A stretch of DNA of 64,000 nt from a virus. Its lineage: Duplodnaviria; Caudoviricetes. Shown here piece after piece: positions 58,215-64,000 of the stretch. Numbering within the stretch: the first letter of the stretch is position 1; each line of letters begins with the position of its first letter. The stretch is taken from IMG/VR virus record IMGVR_UViG_3300032116_022045. The stretch is one strand, 5' to 3'. Position numbers and translations under genes: made by a program. The notes below the pieces were generated by a model. That model did no database searches. It saw only the letters and a program-made list of their open reading frames with translations, and was not told where the DNA came from.

Positions 58215-58790
58215 TTAATGGTCTCCGACAATAGCGTTAATTGGTTTTTTTAATTCTTCACCATTTATTTTAATTATTTTCACATTAGTACCTTTATTTA
58301 GCGCACATTCCCATTGGTCTTCACCATACCAAATAAATGAATGAAACCCATAAATCCAATCTATATCTTTTGGGTTAATAATAGCTTCTAATATATAAGG
58401 TTCACCCGTTTTCATCATTTTTATATTTGGGTGTCGCTCTCCGTATGCCCCAACGCCATTTTCATCAAATGACCAATGCTTACCTATATCTTTTATATCT
58501 AAATCTTTTATAGAATTTAATTTAATTAATCTATAAATTGTTATTTTATTACTGTTTTTTAATTCATTATATTTATCAACATATAGTTCTATTCTTTCTA
58601 TATAATTATCTCTAGAGTATTCTGCTTGTATATCATTTTTATCTTCTTCATACGCATCAAAAGATTCAGCAACGTCTTCTATATTTTCATAAGCGTATTT
58701 TGTCGCTGTTTCGTAGTTAGATAAAAATGAATCATATTCATTATATTCATTTAAATTTTCTCTTAATATTTTTTTAATTAAATTTTTCAC
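58215..58790 (-). CDS. Leader-tagged R-S-E-clan ADP-ribosyltransferase-like protein
   Basis: MKNLIKKILRENLNE (GTG start); TIYR...HWSFD...EDQWEC.L..G. Confidence 0.6.
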   Translation of the reverse strand: MKNLIKKILRENLNEYNEYDSFLSNYETATKYAYENIEDVAESFDAYEEDKNDIQAEYSRDNYIERIELYVDKYNELKNSNKITIYRLIKLNSIKDLDIKDIGKHWSFDENGVGAYGERHPNIKMMKTGEPYILEAIINPKDIDWIYGFHSFIWYGEDQWECALNKGTNVKIIKINGEELKKPINAIVGDH

Positions 58791-58791
58791 G

Positions 58792-59631
58792 TTACTTTTC
58801 TTTACTCATTTTATATAAATTAATTTTTTCTGATGTTCCAATAAGATTGCCGCTATCATCATAGTTAGAAATAGTTTGATAGGTATATTTAACATATTCT
58901 GAACCTTCTTTAATTAAATTTGTACAATATTTATATAATGTATTAGACTGTGTGTCATTAGTTTCTTTAATAATTTCTTCAGCTGCTCTTAACCCACCAT
59001 TAGCTAAGTTTATACTAGCCTCACCAAATGTTTTAATGTCTTCTGGGTTAACAACACCATGTGACTCTCTTAATCTTATTAAATATATTATTGCTTTAGT
59101 TACCATGTTAGTATCTCTTAAATGTTCTGACCCTCTTTCTTTCATATCCATTATAAAACCTATGGCAATATTTATATGCATTTCACTTATTGGTTGATTA
59201 GTTGTACTAGCGTATGCTAATGAAGCTGAAATAATTAAAAAAACCATAACTAATATAGTTAAGTTAATAAGTTTAAATACTACAGGGTATTTTTCTCTAA
59301 AAGATAGAACTGTTTTTGATACCCAATTAATAAAAGTTTTTAATTTTTCTAATATTTTTAATCCTATTTTAGATGCGTTTAACAAAAAAGTGTTTAACAC
59401 TTCTATTATCTTTTGGTTTATTTTTTCAGATATATTTGAAAATATATTTTCATTAATTGTTAAATTTAATTCTTTAATATATTCTTTTTCACTTATTTTA
59501 TTTTCAATAAAATTTTTTGTTAATTTATGTTCTATTAAGAATTCTTTATTAAACTCAATTTTAGTGTGATTTTGTTGTTCTTCTAATAAGTTCTTAAACT
59601 TATTCATAAACATTCTCATTTCTTTGCTCAT
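58792..59631 (-). CDS. Leader-tagged protein with one central TM segment
   Basis: MSKEMRMFMNKFKNLLEE; VFKLINLTILVMVFLIISASLAYA; ATATTTAT at 59649-59656. Confidence 0.7.
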   Translation of the reverse strand: MSKEMRMFMNKFKNLLEEQQNHTKIEFNKEFLIEHKLTKNFIENKISEKEYIKELNLTINENIFSNISEKINQKIIEVLNTFLLNASKIGLKILEKLKTFINWVSKTVLSFREKYPVVFKLINLTILVMVFLIISASLAYASTTNQPISEMHINIAIGFIMDMKERGSEHLRDTNMVTKAIIYLIRLRESHGVVNPEDIKTFGEASINLANGGLRAAEEIIKETNDTQSNTLYKYCTNLIKEGSEYVKYTYQTISNYDDSGNLIGTSEKINLYKMSKEK

Positions 59632-59668
59632 AATATATTAATTTTTATATAAATATATTAACAATAAA

Positions 59669-59692
59669 AAAACCCACTTTAAAGTGGGTTTA
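59669..59692. terminator. Intrinsic terminator after nrdB
   Basis: Perfect palindrome AAAACCCACTTTAAAGTGGGTTTT. Confidence 0.8.
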
Positions 59693-59697
59693 TATTT

Positions 59698-60651
59698 TTA
59701 GAATTCTTCATCAAAAATACCATCCATTGTTTTTGGTATTTCAATTCTTGTGTATTCACCTTCTCTTTTTTCAAAGAAATTATTTTTTGTTGATAGACCT
59801 ATTCTTGACATAAAATCAAGTGGATTTGAGACCATAAATTCTCTTTCGCAACCAAAGTCATTTAAAACGATATCTGTAACATATTGTATATATTTTAACA
59901 TATCATTTTTTGTCAGACCTTGAAGACCATCTGGCATACTTTCTTCAACAAATGTTTTTTCTACATCATAGCAACCAAGAATTATATTTCTAATTTCTGT
60001 TTTATTTAGCTTATATTCTTCTTTTAGATAGTTTTTATATAAGTTTAATGCGAACTCGTAATGAAATGTTTCATCTCTTAATATAAGTTCATTCATAGCT
60101 GCTAAACCTTGCATTTTATTTCTACTTCTAAACCAGAACACACCAGAGAACACACTAGCAAATGAAATACCTTCAACACAAGCAAAAGCTAATAATCTAT
60201 GTGGAAATGATGGGTGTTGTATCCATTTTTCAGCCCATTCAGCTTTTTTAAATACAGCTTTGTTTGTTTCCATCGCATTAAATAAATCTTCTTTTTCTTG
60301 TAGATTTTTTATGTAGGTATCGATTAATAATGAATAACCATTTGCATGAACTTGTTCAATAAATGTTTGGTGTCCATAAAAATATTGTGCCTCTAACAAT
60401 TCAACTTCATTTAAAAAGTTTGTTGCTAAGTTATCAATAACGAGACCATCAGATACAGCAAAGAAAGCTAAGATGTTTTTAAGATATGTTTTTTCATTAT
60501 CTTTTAGTTCATCGAATTTATCTTTACTCAAATCAGTTTCTTCAGCAACCCATGTTTGGGATTCTGCTTTTTTATACATTTGCCATAAATCATTGTGTAT
60601 GATTGGGAAAATGGAATATCTTTTTTTAATTGTTGAATCTTTCAGGTACAT
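59698..60651 (-). CDS. nrdB: Class Ia ribonucleotide reductase beta subunit
   Basis: FFAVSDG, EQVHANGYS, VEGISFASVF, RDETFH, NNFFE. Confidence 0.95.
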   Translation of the reverse strand: MYLKDSTIKKRYSIFPIIHNDLWQMYKKAESQTWVAEETDLSKDKFDELKDNEKTYLKNILAFFAVSDGLVIDNLATNFLNEVELLEAQYFYGHQTFIEQVHANGYSLLIDTYIKNLQEKEDLFNAMETNKAVFKKAEWAEKWIQHPSFPHRLLAFACVEGISFASVFSGVFWFRSRNKMQGLAAMNELILRDETFHYEFALNLYKNYLKEEYKLNKTEIRNIILGCYDVEKTFVEESMPDGLQGLTKNDMLKYIQYVTDIVLNDFGCEREFMVSNPLDFMSRIGLSTKNNFFEKREGEYTRIEIPKTMDGIFDEEF

Positions 60652-60657
60652 ATGTTT

Positions 60658-62067
60658 TTAATTTTCTTCTGTTGTTATGTTTAATAAATTCTTTCTATTA
60701 TTAAATATCTCGGCAACTCTTTGTTGGTTCTCTTTTTGTGTATTATTTTTTATTTCTGTTCTTGTTACACCAAAAGTAGTATTATCCATAGATACTGCTA
60801 TTCTTGAGTTATCGAATTCAACATCTTCAAATACCATTCCATCTTTACCAAATCTTGATTTAAGGATTGTTATTGTTGCTTTATGTGTTTCTCTTTGTGG
60901 TAATGATTTACCTACAGACATTATAAAGTGAGCTACTTGACCTTTTTTGATTGACCCACCCATTTTATCTGCTTCAACAATCTCTGAATTTAAGCTTTGT
61001 CTATTCCCTTGAACAGCTGTCCAACCTGCCATATCAAAATCAGATAATATCGTCTCAAATTGTCTCATTACAGCACCTTCACTTGTAAAGACATCTGTAT
61101 ATTCCTTTGAAGGGCTAACGCAGTCTATATAGTCTAATAATACGATATCTGGTCTAAAACCTTCTGATATTTTCTTTTCAATGTGTTTTCTAATCATTGG
61201 CATTGTTATACCATCGCTAGGAAGTTTTAACAAAACCAATCTACCACCATTTTTTTTCATTTCTTCAGTTTTATTGAAGACTTCTTCTTTATGGTTATGT
61301 AGTTCATTTAATTCAATACCAGTCCAACATGCCAAATGTTTTCTCTGAATTATTTTTGTTTTATCTTCAAAAAATATTTGTAATACCTTATAACCATCAT
61401 TATATGCTGTGTTAGCCATTTTGGTGATTAGAGTTGTTTTTCCGACCCCAAATGGGGCCAATATAAGCCCCAATTCACCTTTTGATAGTCCACCATTCAT
61501 TATCTCATCAAGCTTCGTTATACCTGTTCTAATTGGCTTTCTGAAGTCATCTGATAAAGCTTCTGTTATATTATGTAGAATATCTACACCATCATTTTCT
61601 GTATTACCATAACTTATAGCTGTTTTAAGAATTTCTAGACACTCATCATACTTTTCATGTTGATGTTTTGAGATTATCTTTTGTATTTGCTGTACGGCTT
61701 TATTAATTTCTTGTTGTTTAAAAAACTTTTTAGAAACATCTTGAATATAAAGCGCATCATGCACAACCAATTCTTTAATTTTGGCTATGGTTTTAATTAG
61801 ATAATTTTTCTTTAATTCTTTTAAATCTAATTCAGCTGCTCTTATTAATAAGCTATCAAAATCTGGTACAACATTATAATCTTTTTTACTTTGTTTTATT
61901 AAAGAGATTATTAATTTACTTTCATCGTTACTAAAATAATTTGGGTTAACAATATCTATAATGTTATTACCAAACTTTTGGTCTACGATTATTTGATTAA
62001 TAAGTTTCTCTTCATATTTAACACCTAAGTAATCTAAAGTTGCTTCTTTATTTATACTATCATTCAT
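60658..62067 (-). CDS. Replicative DnaB-like helicase (T4 gp41-like)
   Basis: TG...LD...GG...GEL...APFGVGKT, DYID, QGNR, KSRFG. Confidence 0.92.
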   Translation of the reverse strand: MNDSINKEATLDYLGVKYEEKLINQIIVDQKFGNNIIDIVNPNYFSNDESKLIISLIKQSKKDYNVVPDFDSLLIRAAELDLKELKKNYLIKTIAKIKELVVHDALYIQDVSKKFFKQQEINKAVQQIQKIISKHQHEKYDECLEILKTAISYGNTENDGVDILHNITEALSDDFRKPIRTGITKLDEIMNGGLSKGELGLILAPFGVGKTTLITKMANTAYNDGYKVLQIFFEDKTKIIQRKHLACWTGIELNELHNHKEEVFNKTEEMKKNGGRLVLLKLPSDGITMPMIRKHIEKKISEGFRPDIVLLDYIDCVSPSKEYTDVFTSEGAVMRQFETILSDFDMAGWTAVQGNRQSLNSEIVEADKMGGSIKKGQVAHFIMSVGKSLPQRETHKATITILKSRFGKDGMVFEDVEFDNSRIAVSMDNTTFGVTRTEIKNNTQKENQQRVAEIFNNRKNLLNITTEEN

Positions 62068-62094
62068 TTATATTTAAATTATTTGTTATAAATA

Positions 62095-62586
62095 TTAAAT
62101 GCTAATATTAAGATACGTCTTGGTATAGTTTTTTTTGCTTAGTTTACTTCTAATCTCAGAGATAATATCTGGGATGATTTCTTTAATATCAACAGCGTAT
62201 CTAAATTTTTGGTGGAATGATGTTCCAGAAAAAATAGATTTAGCAACTGTTTTTCTATCTATTTTAATTTCAAAACTGAAATTATCTTCTTTATCTGAAG
62301 GTTGTTTAACAGCCTGTTCAGATTGATTCATAAAATAATGAGAGTTGGCCAACATAAATTCGATTGTTTTATTCTTAAGATATGTTGGGATAATACCCAT
62401 ACTCCCATATTGACCATTATTCATACCACAAATATTATCCATTAATTCTTTAATCTCATAAGACTTTACTGAATTAGGATTAAAGTTATTTATTGGAAAA
62501 TAACGTTGACAAATAATGTTGTCATTGATGTAGAGTACGAACTCAAATCTTTCTTGTTCAATTTTTTTTGCTTCTTCTTTTTTCAT
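62095..62586 (-). CDS. Conserved hypothetical protein
   Basis: 163 aa; FVLYINDNIICQRYF...VDIKEIIP.I. Confidence 0.7.
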   Translation of the reverse strand: MKKEEAKKIEQERFEFVLYINDNIICQRYFPINNFNPNSVKSYEIKELMDNICGMNNGQYGSMGIIPTYLKNKTIEFMLANSHYFMNQSEQAVKQPSDKEDNFSFEIKIDRKTVAKSIFSGTSFHQKFRYAVDIKEIIPDIISEIRSKLSKKNYTKTYLNISI

Positions 62587-62605
62587 TTTATTTATTTATT
62601 TAAAT

Positions 62606-63658
62606 TTAATTCATATTACAATCACGATTCGCTAATTTTTTAAATGGTATTAGAAAATCGTCATATCTTGATGCACCCATTGCTTTATCTAATCCATCTC
62701 TTTTCATCAAACCCAATATTGTTTTAAGTGAAAAATCAGTATAATCAAAGTTACCGTTTATTAGTTCATTTAATTCATCCATGGCTTTTTCAGTAATCAT
62801 AGGTTTTTTTAAATTAACCAATCTTTCATTTATCTCGTAAATGTTTTCTTTTTGAACCCCATCAGTAACTTTATTTATTATATTATTTAATACTTTAAGT
62901 GGTTTTTTCTTTTCAGATAAACGTTGGTTTTGTCTAGCGTTAGCCAATTCAATTACTTCATCAATAGTTAATTTTCTTTCATTCAACTCAGGGATTAATT
63001 TTAATAATGTTTTTTCACGCAATCCTTTAATACCTTTTATCGTATCACTATTATCTCCAAGTATTGTTTTCAATAACATTGCGTTTTCTTGTATATAACA
63101 AAAATACGAAGAATAATTACTAATTTCAACATATTGTCTTAAATCAAGAAAATAAATTTTTATATCATTGGAAATCAGCTGTAAAAAATCTCTGTCTGTT
63201 GATGCTATGGTGATAGTTTCATTTTCTTTTTTGTTTAGACAATAATAACCTATAAAATCATCACTTTCTACGATTTCATCTGTTAATTGTCTAACGTTTA
63301 ATGCATTTAGATAATCCCATATCTTTTTTCTTTGTTCTAGTTCAGCTAAGTCTATTGGGTGTGTACCATTTTCATAGTCTTTACCTCTAGAACTTTTGTA
63401 TGGTTTATATATTTCATATCTTAACTTACCGCTAAGTTTACCGTCCCAAAAAACAAATACTTTATGGTATAAATCTTCATTCAATAATTTTCTCATAATA
63501 ACTAAAAATGAGTATAACCCACCGATGTGTTCACCGTTTGTGTTATACTCATTCTTAGCACCAAGATATGAGAATTTAAATAAAGCATTACCATCTATAA
63601 GTAATGTATTTGTTTTTTTTATTTTATTTTCTCCGTTTTTTGGTGGTCTTCTATTCAC
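62606..63658 (-). CDS. 5'-3' exonuclease / T4 RNase H-like flap nuclease
   Basis: LLIDGNAL, WDG..S...R...Y..YK..R, ESDDFIG, STDRDFLQL, GDNSDTI.GI.G. Confidence 0.93.
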   Translation of the reverse strand: MNRRPPKNGENKIKKTNTLLIDGNALFKFSYLGAKNEYNTNGEHIGGLYSFLVIMRKLLNEDLYHKVFVFWDGKLSGKLRYEIYKPYKSSRGKDYENGTHPIDLAELEQRKKIWDYLNALNVRQLTDEIVESDDFIGYYCLNKKENETITIASTDRDFLQLISNDIKIYFLDLRQYVEISNYSSYFCYIQENAMLLKTILGDNSDTIKGIKGLREKTLLKLIPELNERKLTIDEVIELANARQNQRLSEKKKPLKVLNNIINKVTDGVQKENIYEINERLVNLKKPMITEKAMDELNELINGNFDYTDFSLKTILGLMKRDGLDKAMGASRYDDFLIPFKKLANRDCNMN

Positions 63659-63660
63659 AA

Positions 63661-64000
63661 TTACGCTTTGAAATCGTTATCGCTTAAATTACTTTCTTCT
63701 TTTTCGATGATAAAGTCATCATATTCAGTATTTAAACGGGTTTTAATATACTCTTTATGAATTTCTTTATATTCGTTTAATCTATCTGGGTTCCAATAAC
63801 CATGTGGTGTTGATGCTAATCTACCTTTTTGCTCAATACCGTTAACTTGGTTTTTTTCACATCTAATTTTAGTTTCAACACCAAACTGATATTCTTCACC
63901 ATTTAGTGTTGCTTTTAATTTTTCTGTTGAATGTGTTAAAATACCGCCAAAATGGAAAATTAATCTTGGGGAATAGAAAAACGCTTCACCGCCTTTATGT
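63661..64000 (-). CDS. recA: RecA/UvsX recombinase, C-terminal part (starts outside the window)
   Basis: Manual translation HKGGEAFFYSPRL...GVETKIRCEKNQV...; stop at 63661. Confidence 0.75.
   Translation of the reverse strand, partial: HKGGEAFFYSPRLIFHFGGILTHSTEKLKATLNGEEYQFGVETKIRCEKNQVNGIEQKGRLASTPHGYWNPDRLNEYKEIHKEYIKTRLNTEYDDFIIEKEESNLSDNDFKA

Noticed and set aside
1756-63671. The many short antisense or alternate-frame ORFs in the ORF track (e.g. 4028..4540+, 14544..15257+, 20907..21458+, 50044..50481+)
   Set aside because: They lie wholly opposite well-supported genes, have F/L/I/S-rich shadow composition, and show no motifs.
1-64000. Genome-wide stop-codon reassignment (TAG or TGA), as in some large phages
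   Set aside because: Long genes are intact under the standard code; TAG (22920) and TGA (8175, 16863, 17471, 22570) end genes directly before or overlapping the next start.

Overview
A 64-kb, very AT-rich (roughly three-quarters A+T by eye) segment of a large T4-like or jumbo contractile-tailed phage. The host is almost certainly Bacteroidota: there are five bipartite TTTG-N20/21-TAnnTTTG promoters, a Bacteroidota-type ClpP, a short Bacteroidota-type sigma70, an Hc1 histone-like protein and SprB-like repeats. Nearly all genes are on the minus strand and use the standard code. Gene order: HNH (partial), clpP, tdk, a 1.5-kb block of small ORFs separated by attC-like palindromes, dnaJ, a vWA protein, a Nudix hydrolase, head-associated repeat proteins (one ending in ArdC plus metallopeptidase domains), a lysis-like cluster, sigma factor, Rad50/Mre11, Dda-like helicase, exonuclease, primase, RuvC, a 22-kb baseplate/tail module, three tandem genes sharing a duplicated promoter plus 32-codon leader, a fractured nrdA (split intein with a free-standing endonuclease between the halves), tail tube, leader-tagged ADP-ribosyltransferase-like genes, nrdB, DnaB, 5'-3' exonuclease and RecA (partial). 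Best candidates for novelty: (1) a modular 'promoter + N-terminal leader + swappable cargo' system, probably packaging effectors into the capsid; (2) integron-cassette-like attC palindromes in a phage; (3) a trans-spliced ribonucleotide reductase split at its catalytic Cys, with hairpin and late-promoter control of the intervening endonuclease. All family assignments come from motif recognition by eye; no database search was run.
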